NCBI RefSeq assembly: GCF_963921235.1
Contig: NC_086118.1
Span: forward strand, 16,556,001 to 16,620,000
DNA: 64,000 nt
Reading direction: 5' to 3'
DNA from: Mobula hypostoma
Taxonomy: Eukaryota
In this document: piece by piece, positions 12,501 to 25,149 of the stretch
Position numbering within the stretch: the first letter of the stretch is position 1
How the letters are laid out: the number at the start of each line of letters is the position of its first letter
Translations under genes and position numbers: made by a program
Notes under the pieces: generated by a model
Database searches by the model: none
What the model was told of the DNA's origin: nothing
What the model saw: only the letters and a program-made list of their open reading frames with translations

Positions 12501-13499
12501 TCTTAATAATAAATTTAAAATAGTAGATGCTTGGTCATGTCAGATATATAAAAGTATATGTTTATATCTATTGGACCTGGATAAGTAAAACGCCTGAATG
12601 GGACTCACATAAAACCAATGTGCAAAGAAGTTCATTGTAAACACTTTTGGATATTTATCTTCAGTAACCAAATAAGAATGCTAAAAAAGGTTACTGTTTT
12701 TGTTTGGCGAGCCAATGTAAGCCTTAAATGCAGGATGATTTTTTTCCCCAATATTAATTTTATATCATATGACTTTGTGATGAGCCATATGATATGAAAG
12801 TTAGAAAGAGCCAATGGGCTCATTGAGTCCATGCTGGCTCATAGAATAATGTCTGAACCAGTCAGGTAGGTATGCGCAGCTGTCCACCCGACCCAATTGA
12901 AACCTCTAATACATTCCCTATTGTTACATAAAGAATAGACATGAGCAACAGACTCCTGTAGATTAAGGATTTTCAAGATAATTGTATGTAAACATTAGTG
13001 ATAGCTTGTATCTTTCCAACTGTTCATAATTCTGTTCCTAGTGGTTGATCGTAGCAATTGCATTTCAACTAACCTTAAACAGTTCTGCTTAGAGTTAGAT
13101 GCATTTTCCTAACTCCTTTGGTTTTGTTAATGGAAATATGCTCATTCCAATTTATTCTATCAAGTACTGAACTAGTGAATGTATCCTCTTTCTCACTTTA
13201 AAGGCCAAAGTAAAATATCCATTTAGATTTTCCATCATATTCCATCAAAATACTTGGCTCAATGTATATAGCAGAGTGTTAAGTGAGAAATTTTGAATTC
13301 GACCCCAGAACCAGAGCTTCAAATAATAAGCATTGTTCCCATTCATTGTATTCACTGGTTCAGAAGGACACAAATGTTTCTGTAGCTTCTCTTGATAGGG
13401 TGGTGGATGGCGGGGGCAGAAATAGTGTTGGATGCATTTTGTATACTGTCCAACATTGAAAGCCAGCCCAAAGGATAAACTTGTGATCTACTTCACTAA

Positions 13500-13840
13500 C
13501 ATGAGAAAGTCTGCAGATGCTGGAAATCCAAAGCAACACACACCAAATGCTGGAGGAACTCATCAGGTCAAACTGCATCTACGGAAATGAACAAATAGTT
13601 GATGCTGTGGACTGAGACCTTTCATCAGATTGCTTTTCCTCCAGCCCTTTACCTTTCCCACCATCCACCTGGCCTCAGTTATCACCTTCTAGCGAGCTGC
13701 CTTCTCCTCCCCACACTTCTTTAATTCTGATGTCTTCCCCCTTCCTTTCCAGTCCTGATGAAGGGTCTCGTCCAGAAACGTCGACTGTTTATTCATTTCA
13801 ATACATGCTACCTGACATGTTGAGTTCCTGCAGCATTTGG
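13500..13840. mobile_element. Penelope-like terminal fragments in inverted arrangement (minus 13500-13630, plus 13632-13840)
   Basis: The same terminus appears on both strands: aaatgctggaggaactcatcagg versus cctgacatgttgagttcctgcagcattt. Confidence 0.8.
13750..13787 (+). ncRNA. Minimal type I hammerhead ribozyme motif in a Penelope terminus
   Basis: CAGTC-CTGATGA-AGGGTCTCGTCCA-GAAA-CGTC-GACTG. The core boxes are intact and stem I is CAGUC/GACUG; stem II is imperfect. Confidence 0.65.
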
Positions 13841-14459
13841 GATCTATTTCACTGCTGCTGAAGTAGATTGAGGATTATTTAAATAAATAAACAATAAATA
13901 TCAAGAACAAGAGATGAAGAGTTATTGGAAGTGAGTCTATAGGTTGTGGGACCAGTTCAATACCAAAGTTCAAAGTGAAGTTATCCCCACATTTTTATAG
14001 AAAGGATTTACAATATATACCAGTGCTCTCCACCATTCCTCATCTCTAGCCTTAATACTTTCACCCACTTGGATCTCCTCTTTTGTGATGCCACAGCAAT
14101 GCTATTCTTAAACCGACCAGAATGAGAACAAAGTGCTGAATGGTCTCTTTTGATGATGTATATTTTTATTTCCCTACATGCATCATCCACTGCTTTTAGT
14201 ACATTTCAGGGAAAGCACTGCAGACTCTCTGCATGCCAGGGCTCATGTCAAGGCTTCTGGAAGGATAGCTATGATGAAAGCTGTCAGGAATAGGAATGAT
14301 TCATATAGTGTGATACCTGAATAGACTTGCTTATCACCAAGGCAGTTTGAATTTGTTCAGTCTTCTCAACACAAGCACATATGACCTGTAGCATGTCCTA
14401 TTGGTTTGCTTATTCACATATAACTAGGCAAATTTCATTCAAGGTAATTAATTTAATTC

Positions 14460-15147
14460 ATTTATTTATTGAGATACAGCTCAGAAAAGGCCCTTCTAAG
14501 CCATGCAGCCCAGCAACCCACCCATTCAGCCTCAGCCGAATCTCACGGGAGAATTTACAATGACCAATTAATGGACAATCCGGTACATAGAAACCATAGA
14601 AACTACAGCACAGAAACACTTTTGGCCCTTCTTGGCTGTGCCGAACCATTTTCTGCCTAGTCCCACTGACCTGCACATGGACCATATCCCTCCATTCACC
14701 TTCCAATCCATGTATCTGTCCAATTTATTTTTAAATGTTAAAAAAGAACCCGCATTTACCACCTCGTCTGGTAGCTCATTCCATACTCCCACCACTCTCT
14801 GTGTGAAGAAGCCCCCCTAATGTTCCCTTTAAACTTTTCCCCCCTCACCCTAAACCCATGTCCTCTGGTTTTTTTCTCCCCTTGCCTCAGTGGAAAAAGC
14901 CTGCTTGCATTCACTCTATCTATACCCATCATAATCTTATATACCTCTATCAAATCTCCCCTCATTCTTCTAAGCTCCAGGGAAGATTTGATAGATTTGA
15001 TCTTTGGACTGTGGGAGGAAACTGGAGCACCTGGAGGAAACCCACACAGTCATGGGGAAAACGTATAAACTCCGTACAGACAGCTGCAGGAAATGAACCT
15101 GGGCCGCTGGCTCTGTAAAGCGTTGTGTTAACCACGCTACCGTGATA
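14460..15147 (-). mobile_element. V-SINE split by a CR1 insertion
   Basis: SINE tail and part of the core at 14460-14585; remaining core and tRNA head at ~15000-15147. Confidence 0.8.
14586..14984 (-). mobile_element. CR1 LINE 3' fragment nested in the V-SINE
   Basis: Minus ORFs MRGDLIEVYKIMMGIDRV...TRGHG and VWNELPDEVV...FKNKLD, with a (catagaaa)n tail. Confidence 0.9.
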
Positions 15148-16514
15148 CGTACTATAGCACAAGAAAATGTCAACCACCCTTCAAGACTCTCCTTTATGTT
15201 TCCTTTCACCTGATTTACTTGGTGTGTAATCCCACTCTCCAGGTTGCTCCTTCCATTTAATATGTGTCTTTTTTATGTGATTATTTCTAAATTAATACAT
15301 GCAGTCTGCTTTAATAGCATCCAATGCTGCAAGTTAGGTCACCCTGAACAGTTTTACTGCAGGCATATGTTCAATCCACTTGAGTAATCTTTAGGTATTT
15401 TAGTAATGTTTACTGCCAGACAGCTAAGCAATGGTGCTTGATGCTTTTAACTCAAAACGCTTTGCTAATCAATCTTTTTGAAGATAGCAGCTCAGCAGAG
15501 TGTTCAACACATAACTATGCAACTACAATTACTTACACAGTATTACAAAAGTCAACATGTAGCTGAAAAAGAATGGAAAGAATGTCCACTCATGAATCCT
15601 GATCCTGGATGATTCTGAATTAACTAAACCTCATTACATACGCAGGTCTATTATCATACCAATTGGAAAAGTCCAGATCACCTCAGATTATCCAATCTCC
15701 AATACAGTTATTTCAAAAAGGGACGTCTGGGTGCAACGGCTCAAATTTAAACACTTCAGAATCATCTCAATGCCTGAATGTAATGTTGGCAGGCCACACT
15801 GCATTGATCACCAGACACAAAATAAGAACAGTCTTTCAGGAAGCTAGTTTCCAAGGGCCTGCCAACAAGGGGAGACGCCGGGCAGGTGGGGGGAGAAGAG
15901 AGAAGGGTAGAGGGGAGGCACGGAGGGCGAGAGAGAAGGGCTAAGTGCGAGAGAGGCAGGGAAAGTTAAAAAGTAGACATCTTAATAAGCTAGGGATTCA
16001 TCAACTTTCTTTAGCTGACTTATGGCTTCTATTCCTTTGGCCTTGCTAATCAGTAGTTTTTTCAGAGAATTGTTTTACGATTGTAAAGATTTGCGTATTA
16101 CTTACCCCATTGTCTTGAACCACTGGGTAATTTTGCCAGTAATGTGCCCACTAGCAACAGCCCTCGTCGGGTTTGTGCTGTTACTGTACGGCATCTTGGT
16201 AGCACGAGGCTGGTGGATAGTGGCACGGACACTAGTGGCTCAATGTAACTAAAGTAGTGAGATAAGTGATCATGGGTTCAATGTCCATTTAGAAAACAGA
16301 TGGCAAAGGGAAAGAATGCCTTGTTAATGAGGGAAGTCTTGAAGGCAGGAAGCCCCAACCTATTTTAGTTCCACCATATGAGAAAAGAATTCAAAGAAGT
16401 TGCCTGTTTTATTGACCTGCTCACTACATTTTTCCATATTCTATTTACTTTAAATCAAAATTACTGGAAATTTGAAATAAAAATCAGGACATCCTGGAAA
16501 CACTCAGCAGGTCA

Positions 16515-17235
16515 AGACATGGAGAAGATGTTTCTTATAGTGAGGAAGTCTAGGTCCAAAGGTTAGAGCCTCAGAATACAAGGATTTCCCTTTAGAGCAG
16601 AGATTCTAAGGGACATCTGCTCACTGCTCCACGATGTTCACTCAGCTCTGCACTTTAATGAGGCTCTGACCTGCTTGGCTGCAGTGATGACTGGCTTTGC
16701 GTCTGTAGTCCTGCGACATTTACTTGGCTCTGCCATGAAATGAGATTGTGGTCTGCACCAGCCGCAGTGATGCCTAGCTTCGTGTCTTTCATAAAACTCC
16801 AGTTCTGAATGTTATCTGCTTACTTCTATTGTTTGCACTTTTTCCCCCCTCTCTAAGCACTGGGTGTTTGAGGGTCTTTTTTTTTAAAATGGGTTCTTTT
16901 GGGGTTTCTTTGTTTTGTGGCTGCCTGAAAGGAGATTGATCTCAAAGTTGTACAATGTATACACACTGTGATAATAAATGTACTTCGAACTTGAACTCTG
17001 AGATGAGGAGAAATTTCTTTCCCCAGATGACGACCAAAAATAAAAAATTTTGGACAGCTGTGGAAGCCAGGTTATTCGGTATATTTGAAATGGATGTTGA
17101 TAGGTTCTTGATTAGTAAGGGGGTGGTGAGAAGGCAAGAGAATTGGGATGGGGCTGATAATAAACCTGACATGATAGAATGGAGAAGCAGATTTGATGGG
17201 CCAAATGGCCTAATTCTGCTCCTATGTCTTATGGT
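16515..17235 (+). mobile_element. CR1 3' fragment interrupted at ~16605-16997 by another retroelement 3' part
   Basis: CR1 sequence breaks at tttagagcagagat and resumes at gagatgaggagaaatttc. The insert ends in aataaatgtacttcgaacttgaac. Confidence 0.7.
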
Positions 17236-18519
17236 CAGGTGTCATCCGTGAAGAGAAAAGCAGCTAACCTTTCAGTTCCCCTTTCCACAGATGCTTCCAG
17301 GTCTGCTGAGTGTTTCCAGCATCACATTGGTTTATTACATATTTTAAGTAATAGTCATAAATCTATTCTGTAATTTTCAATTATAACATTAATTTCATTA
17401 ACTTAGTTTTGCAGAATTTATTGTTTTTGTTTTGCTGTTACCATCAGTCACTTTTACAGGTTAGCACAACCTAGAAAAGTCTAGCACTTAACTGGCTCTG
17501 CACAAATTCCAAACACCCTTAGTCAAATGACTGGCAAACTTATCCACTTTTATCTGATTTGTTTAGGAGATGACTGCTGGTCAAAGTATATACTTCTCAG
17601 CAACCTGAAACGTCATTTCTTAAATCATCAACTTGACCTCATTTCTGCAAAGTGTTTTTGGTCTTGATGAGAGTTCAAAGTTGCCTTTGCTCTGCGTCAT
17701 TCAGGAAAGAGCTACATTTTTAAAAAATCGGTGCTTAATAAAAACAAATAGAATAATTTGTTTGCTCATTCACTTCAGAATCAAAATTCCTAAGATTGAA
17801 AAGCAGTCAATGTAATTTCAAATCCAAGAAATATCATCCTACCCAGGTAGACAACCAACACTGCCGCTTTACAGCATTATCTGATGATTTAGACATTCCT
17901 GTGGTCTGGATGTTCAAGCCATCCTCCTTTATTTCAGAAATATCAGATGGTCACTAAGGCTTCAACAGCCACCTATATACACTTGGTCTAAAAAGATCTC
18001 CAGCATTCACAAAAACTATTAAGACACATAAATAAACATCTATGAGCTAATGTCTGTGTTTCCCTACATGCGAAAAGGGTTACATGGCTTTACCAAACAA
18101 ACTGAAGGACTAATATTGACCTAAGGCAACTGATAGAGAATCATCAGCTGGACTACCCTGTAAATAACTTTGGTGATAATTCTTCCCTTTATTCTAAATT
18201 GCTATTATCGACCCCGATTTATAATTTGCTTAAGTCATGCAAAGTCAACTATTAAACTGTAGTTCTTCCTGCAGATACCCTTCTTCTGCCCATGTTGAGG
18301 AATGGGTCAATACCATGTTATTCAGCTTCCACAAGTCTGTGTGGGTCCTTGCTGTGCTTTTATTAATTCAACACATGCTGAACAGAATGTATTGGCTATT
18401 AGCACACTCAGTCATGGGTCTGCCACTGTATTCATCATTTTAATGTGAACAGCTCAAAAATGGGTACTACAAGGTTTCAATCTACTTCTTGATATCCAAG
18501 TTATGACATACAATTCCTG

Positions 18520-18815
18520 GTGATTAATGGGTTATTTCTCAGATTTCCTTTCAATCTGAGAAGGGGGTGTTCTTTTTTTGCAAGGGAGGGGATGGGGGTT
18601 TGTTGTTATTGGTGCTGTTTTTTTTGTGGAGAGGGTTGGGGCCTGGGGTTTAATGTTCTAGCTGCTGTTTTCCATGTGGTCAATCCATCAGGGGGATTAA
18701 TATATTTTCTCTCAACGACTCATGTAGTTTTTCTGTATTTTGTAGCTCTCTGGAGAAGACGAACATCAGAGCTGTATTGGACATGCGTATTTTGACAATA
18801 AAATGAACCTTTGAT
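18520..18815 (+). mobile_element. Retroelement 3' fragment with Rex1-like tail
   Basis: GT-rich body ending in gagctgtattggacatg...aataaaatgaacctttga, similar to the tails at ~1420, ~5540 and ~16940. Confidence 0.45.
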
Positions 18816-19659
18816 AGATATCAGATACCTTGTTAATTTAAAAAAAAATTTTGAACTTAATAATAACCATTGATTTAATGTTAATTATTAAATACTCTAT
18901 TGATGCAATTTACAGTGTTTGGGATCAATGTGAACCACAAAACATAAAATATAATTTCTAAGCAGCTTTGTTATCAGTAAAGTTCTTTTGATAAATTCTG
19001 ATACCGTCCTTTCATACCAGCAAGGCCATCAAAGGTCAGATAATGGCCTTGGAGTTGCCTATTTGGATCAAGATATAAATACACCTAAAGTTGGATTTCA
19101 GTTCAGAGGAAATTCATGTTAAGTGCATCAGTTCATTCATTTTCCTTGAATATATTTTTTATAAACTTTATATACTAGATTCTGAAACAATGAGTTCAAA
19201 AGCTAAATTCTTGTATTCATGCCAGAGTCAAATTATAAACACTGTTAAAGTGCTCATTGTATTTGTTATTTTTGATACAAATTGCAATTCAATATTTCTT
19301 CTGAAACCTACCTTGTCACCACAGTGATGCTAAAACTATTTCGCTATTATTTATCAAAAATTCTTATGGTGAAATAAGTTAATTACAAAAATTCAAATAG
19401 CTTGTAACTGTCAACATTTCTGGGTTTTCTTGCATCCCCCTCTCCAGAACATTCCTTCTCTTCTTTCCTGACTTGTCTATGATTCCAGCCACCCCAAACA
19501 ATCACCTTACTTGTATGATCACCAGCAAACCGTACAAGCACCACAATCAAGTGTTCCTCTGATTTATTTTCCAGGAATGAATGGTTGACGTTGTCCCTGG
19601 CACAAGCATTCAGAAAGTGGTCTCGTGACGATATGATAAATGGTAACTTTTACATTTAC

Positions 19660-20365
19660 ACAGATTCTGCTTGGACTTGAGGGCCTGAATTATTCAGAGA
19701 GGTTCGCCAAGCTGGGTCTTTACATCCTGGAGCACAGGAGAATGAGTGGTGACCTCACAACAATTTGTAAAATAATGAAGGGTATGGATAGGGTCATTGT
19801 TATATTTTGCACCTTCAAAACATTAAATTAATACAAAGGAAGGCATGGGAGTCCAAAATGCAGGTCGAACTTTGGGTTTACTTTAAGCAGGGTGCACATG
19901 TATCACATGGTAGAGTGATGACATGGACAATTTACGTATTTATGCTTATAATTAATTATTTAAACAAACAAAGATGCTTAATCACACATACACACACACA
20001 TATATGAGATTACTCAAATATTATTGACATATCAAATACACAACAGTCACAATCTTTTCTTCAAGGCTGCGGAATCCAAAACTCGAAGTCACAGATACAA
20101 TATCAGAAGGGAGAGACTTAAAGAACACCTGAGATGTGACTTCTTTAGAGGGTAGTGAGAACCTGGAATAAACGGCCAGTGGAAGCAGAGGTGGTGGAAC
20201 TGAAAGAGAAGATGCATATGGACAGACACGTGGAGGGGAGAGGCTAGAAACGTTAATGACTGAATACGAACAAGTGGGATGAGCAGGGAGGATGCTGTGG
20301 TTGGCGTGGGCTAGTTAGTTGGGCCTAAGAGGCTGTTTTCATCCCATATCACTCTATGTCTCTAC
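19660..20365 (+). mobile_element. Old CR1 3' fragment split by a solo LTR
   Basis: LEGLNYSERFAKLGLYILEHRRMSGDL...IMKGMDRV, with CR1-like sequence resuming after 20046. Confidence 0.7.
19798..20045. mobile_element. Short solo LTR, 248 bp
   Basis: TGTTATATTT...AAATACACAACA inverted termini, near-TSD gtcat/gtcac (4 of 5), cleanly interrupting a CR1 fragment. Confidence 0.65.
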
Positions 20366-20599
20366 AACCCAAGGCGAGGATTATTTCCTGGAGAGTGATC
20401 TAATGCAAGGTAATCCAATAGATGATCCACTGGATATTTCCATTAACAACCCTTGATAACGACTTCCAATCATAATAAGTTTAACCAGTGACTAATGAGG
20501 GAATTTTGCAGATTGAAAGATTGAACCAAAGATCTGTGGTTTGTTTGAAACTTTATTTACTGCACATTCACATCATCAAATCTCCTCAGATTTTAAGCA

Positions 20600-20810
20600 C
20601 TCACCGACACACCAGGGGCTATTTAGAGTGGCCAATAACATACCAACCCTCGTCTTTGGCATGTGGGTAGAAAACAGTGCTGTGGAGGAAACACAGGCCT
20701 AGGGAGAATGTGTGAACTCCACACAGATAACACTAGTGGTCAGAATTGAATTTGGTTTGCAGGAGCTATGTGGAAGAAGCATCACTGATTGCACCACTGT
20801 GCTTCCTGCC
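20600..20810 (-). mobile_element. Decayed V-SINE
   Basis: tctttggcatgtggg...gggagaatgtgtgaactccacacaga is the reversed core. Confidence 0.7.
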
Positions 20811-22349
20811 AGCTCTAACTTGCCTGTTGATAATCCACTTCCTACCCAAACTCCATGGCTTATACCCAAACCACAGTAAGTCTTATGCTTATACTCACTG
20901 ACATACATGGGTCACTGGTCTGCCAATGCCCAGAATCGAAATTCACACTCCCCTTTTTCAAAGCCCTCCACACTTCATATCTTCCTATATCGATGAACTG
21001 CACCAAACCTACAACCTTCTGAGATCTCAGTATACCTGGCATTTTGAGCAGTTCCATTGTCCCTTTAAATGCTCTGGCCTGTGATCACTTATTCCTGGTA
21101 AGACTCGCAAGAACTCCCTTCACTCGCTCTGCACCGAACTCAAAGCAATGTCTTTATCTTGGGTAAAGCTGCTTCAATATTACCCAATGTGTTGGGCATT
21201 TGACGCTATTGAAATTTCCAAACATTTAGCTGCCTTACGCAGTATTTTCAACATGTGAGAGACTTTATGTCACAAATGACCGGAGATTTATGTGTACTTC
21301 TTCATGAAACATTATATAAACAATATTAATAATTATCCATGGTATGCATCCAACATTCCACAAAGTTATCATGACCATCACACTATAAATTTTGTAAAAC
21401 AGTCAAAATTATACAAGCAATATAAAAAAGCCCAAGGAAAAAAAAATACAGGTTTTGTATAATTTAAATTGCTAACCTTTTAAATTCTACTTCAACTCAT
21501 CATCTGAACTTGGAAATAGATCATTGGTTTAGTAGTGTTGAAAATACAGTACAGTTGATCAATTTCCTACCCAACAGCATTGTGAAAGCCCCAGCACCAT
21601 TGTGAGTGGCTGGTTAAATATTAGGTCTAAAACCACTTTCCCTGGCTGACTTGCGATTGGGTCAAGACACAGCCATGTGACTAGTTTTGGCCAGGTATCA
21701 AAAAAAATACCATCTATGTTGAAAATCAACTGAACAAATATTTTACAGAAGCTGTCATTTTTCTCTCTAATAAATTCCACACTTTTAAATTTCTAACCAG
21801 ATAAAAGTACGGAAAATATCAAATTTCACAACAGAACTATATATATTGTAAAACAGTTTGGAACTTGGGTGTCTATAAGATGGTGGAAAATAGTTGCCGA
21901 CTCAAATTAGCAACAAAGCAAATTAAATGATTATATTGATGGCCCGCATTCTTTCTGTGGATTATTTTCAGACAGGCAAACTAGTTCAGCCAAGTTCTGC
22001 ATGTAATCATTTGAAGCAACATGCAGAGAACAGCTGGTTAGAAAGTAAACTGCTTAAAGGACACCCTATACTACATAAGCTACATATGTTACACTCTACA
22101 AACCAGAGCTTGGAAAGGTCATTCTTTTCATACCCACAATTTAGACAACTAAAAGACAGCAAACTATTAGTAATCCCCAGGATGCCATAAGCTGAGTAAG
22201 CACAATACAACATTTGTTCAGCATTTATTGAATAAAAGGAATACAGGGTCTAAACAATGTTTCTGTATTTGCTTCTTCAAGCAGCTTAAAAATAAATTGG
22301 AATCTGACCAATGGAGGTTTCTAAATGAATCACATGTTGTAGGACTATC

Positions 22350-22929
22350 CCACTTCCCCAACCACCAGGCTGCGGACCGGTACCGGGCCGCAAAGCATGT
22401 GCTACCGGGCCGCGAAGAAACGAGATGATTTGGCGATATGAAACGATATGAGTAGCTGCACCTTTCCTCATTCCCTGTCACGCACACTGTTGAACTTGAA
22501 ATAACTTAACAAATCATACCAAATAACACAGAAAACCTAAAATAACACTAACATATAGTAAAAGCAGGAATGATATGATAAATACACAGCCTATTTAAAG
22601 TAGAAATAATGTATGTACAGTGTAGTTTCACTTAACAGAATCAGGAAGATAAAGCCAAAACCGATTTGTAGAAAAAAATTGGCACGTACACACATGCGCA
22701 CGTCATGCGTGCGCACACAGGTGCCCGCACGAGGCTTCATGGTGATGGTAGACTTTCTTGGGGTAAACACAAGTGTCCCGTATTTGACTGCTACTTTTGT
22801 CCCTTATTTGGGAGTGAGAAAGTTGGCAACCCTACTTGAACAACGCCCCCACCCCACTGGTTGGCCGGTCCGCAAGAATACTGTCATTATTAAACCGGTC
22901 CGCGGTGCAAAAAAGGTTGAGGACCCCTG
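22350..22929 (+). mobile_element. Non-autonomous hAT (Charlie/MER1-like) element
   Basis: Left end ccccaaccaccaggctgcggaccggtaccgggccgc (outer bases damaged); right end ccggtccgcggtgcaaaaaaggttgaggacccctg; CpG-rich. Confidence 0.8.
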
Positions 22930-23299
22930 ACTTATGCGTTGTGAAGTTCAGTAATGTCAAAGACTTATAGACCAATGGCAGTCACAGGTCTTCCTCAGTG
23001 CATGGTGTCTAGGACCATGGTGTGGGGGCAGGATGGTTGTCACTTTGAGGGGTGAGTTGTTGCAGACGAATGACAGAATAGCGGGTTGCACATCAGGGAT
23101 TCAGTCCAAGTGTAAAGAGATACCTGGGTGCTAATCAGGGAGTCAGAGCTTGAACCAACAGGACAGTAGATCATTGGGTCTTGATGGGACGGAATGACCT
23201 TGTGCTCCAGGGACAACATTAACTGATTTCTCCAACAACACTACAAAAGGAGTGATATACAGTAAATGATATTACTGGAAATCACCCAATGTTGGGGGG

Positions 23300-23545
23300 A
23301 AGCACAGCTAGTTAGCGCCAGATACGTGGGTTCAATCCTGACCCGTGTGAAGTTTATATATTCACCCTGTGACTGATCCTGGTGTGTAGGAAAGGAGTAG
23401 AATCTTGTGGGGGGGGGGGAGGAATTAATGAAATGTTGGGAGAATAAGGAATGGGATTAAAGTAGGATTAATATACATGGATGGCAGATGACCAGCATGG
23501 ATTCAAATGGCCAAAAGATCAGTTTCCATGTTGCATCTCTGTGTA
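23300..23545 (+). mobile_element. Decayed, internally deleted V-SINE-like element
   Basis: Box B-like gggttcaatcctgacc, partial core and a CR1-like tail. Confidence 0.5.
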
Positions 23546-24114
23546 ACTCTGCAAAACTATGTCAGAAGAGCAGATGTGAATCTCAACTAGACACATCTGC
23601 TCAATTTACAGAAGTTTGGCATCACAGATGGTTCTACTAGCCCAGACGGAGAGAGGGACGTACTGCAGTGCTGGGAGGATAGGATACATCTTGAATACCT
23701 GCACTCCATTGAGAGGTAAACTTGTTATATATATATGGTGCCTTTATGCAGATGCCGAGGAAGATGTTAAGTCGATGTTTTCCAAGGGAATCAAACAATT
23801 TTTCCATTGAGTGGAGAGGCCCTGTACACAACCTTTTAAATCCTCTCAAAAGAATACACACAACCTTCTCTCTTATCTCATATCAAACTGTGAGCAACAT
23901 TATATAACGGGATAATTAAAATTTATCAAGATTAGTGTAAATCCAGAGTCATACATAGACCAAACTGTATAAAAGCGTTAAATTTATTTGTGAAGGAATT
24001 TAGGTTTTGGCACACATAGCCTCGTACTTATTGTTTACTGAAAATAGATTTAATTTTTTTTGATATTTTGAATTGAAGTCAAATTTTCAAATTGTTGTTA
24101 TTTAGTTTGTTAAT

Positions 24115-24450
24115 GGGATGTGGTCATCAATAGCAAAGACAGAATCTGTTGTCCGTCATTAACTGCATTTGAACTTGAAGCGGCTTGCTGTGCTCCTTAA
24201 CCACACTGTTGATTCCTGAGTTATATCTAAGCCAAAGTGAGTAAGGGATAGCTACTTTCCTTCACTGATGGACAATAATGAGTCCAATAGATTGTTATGA
24301 CAATCCAGACATTGTGTGATTAATATTAACGTAAGTAATTTAAAAAAGAAACAAATTAAATGTGTAATAATTTTGATTTGAAATTTACCAGCTGCTACGG
24401 TGGGATTCAATACTCTGTCTTTGAATCAATCAGTCCACAGTTCTGCACAA
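24115..24450 (-). mobile_element. Old tRNA-SINE-like relic
   Basis: Reversed box B-like gtgggattcaa; the body resembles a common shark/ray SINE by recall only. Confidence 0.45.
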
Positions 24451-25083
24451 TGACGGAATCTGAACTTGTGTTCTCCAGATGAGGAACAGCATGCACTCGC
24501 TTCAAATGGGGAATACAGTGGCCTGAAAATGCTACAGTTCCAATGTACAAGAGCCTGCCTAATTGGTCGCTGGTCTGCTGAGAATCTCCAGTAGCTGCTG
24601 TTTGCCAGATGGATCCTGGCTTCTTCAGCCGACACACATGGACTGAGCCTTGGCTGTGAGAATCCGGAGACAAAAAATCTACGTCCACCAGAAAAACACT
24701 GTAATCAAGCCAGCATATACATATATAAGATGAATGGGGTATTAAAATATAGGTGTTAAATAGATCACTGGAGTAAGAGTGTGTGTGTGTGTGATTAATA
24801 TTTAAATTGCATTTTTGCCACCCTCAAAACAGTTAATTTGTATTAGAATATATTTTCTGCAGAAGTACAGCTGATGGGACTTAAAGCAGCCAAAGACTGT
24901 TAATTTTGATTCACCAGTTATATCTAAGTATTTTGCAATGAGTTCATAGAGGTTACTCTTTGCTTGTCGACTTGCAGTGCAACTGATGGCAGACAGTTGC
25001 TTCCTGTTAGAACTGCATTAGAATTAAACACACTGATGTTATTTTGAAACCACAAAAAGAGGAAAAAGAACTGATGTACTTAC

Positions 25084-25149
25084 GTGGCATGATGCCTTGG
25101 TCTGCTAGCTGCTCGCGAGTTCGCCGCTGCTGGAGACGGAGCTGGAGAA
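25084..25149 (-). CDS. myocd: Myocardin coding exon 2, RPEL1 region (VLQLRLQQRRTREQLADQGIMP)
   Basis: ctgccatag|TTCTCCAGCTCCGTCTCCAGCAGCGGCGAACTCGCGAGCAGCTAGCAGACCAAGGCATCATGCCAC|gtaagt. The exon is 66 nt, phase 1-1 and in frame with exon 1. Confidence 0.97.

Noticed and set aside
22802..22811. Perfect CArG box CCTTATTTGG
   Set aside because: It is inside a hAT MITE and isolated, so not evidence of regulation by itself.
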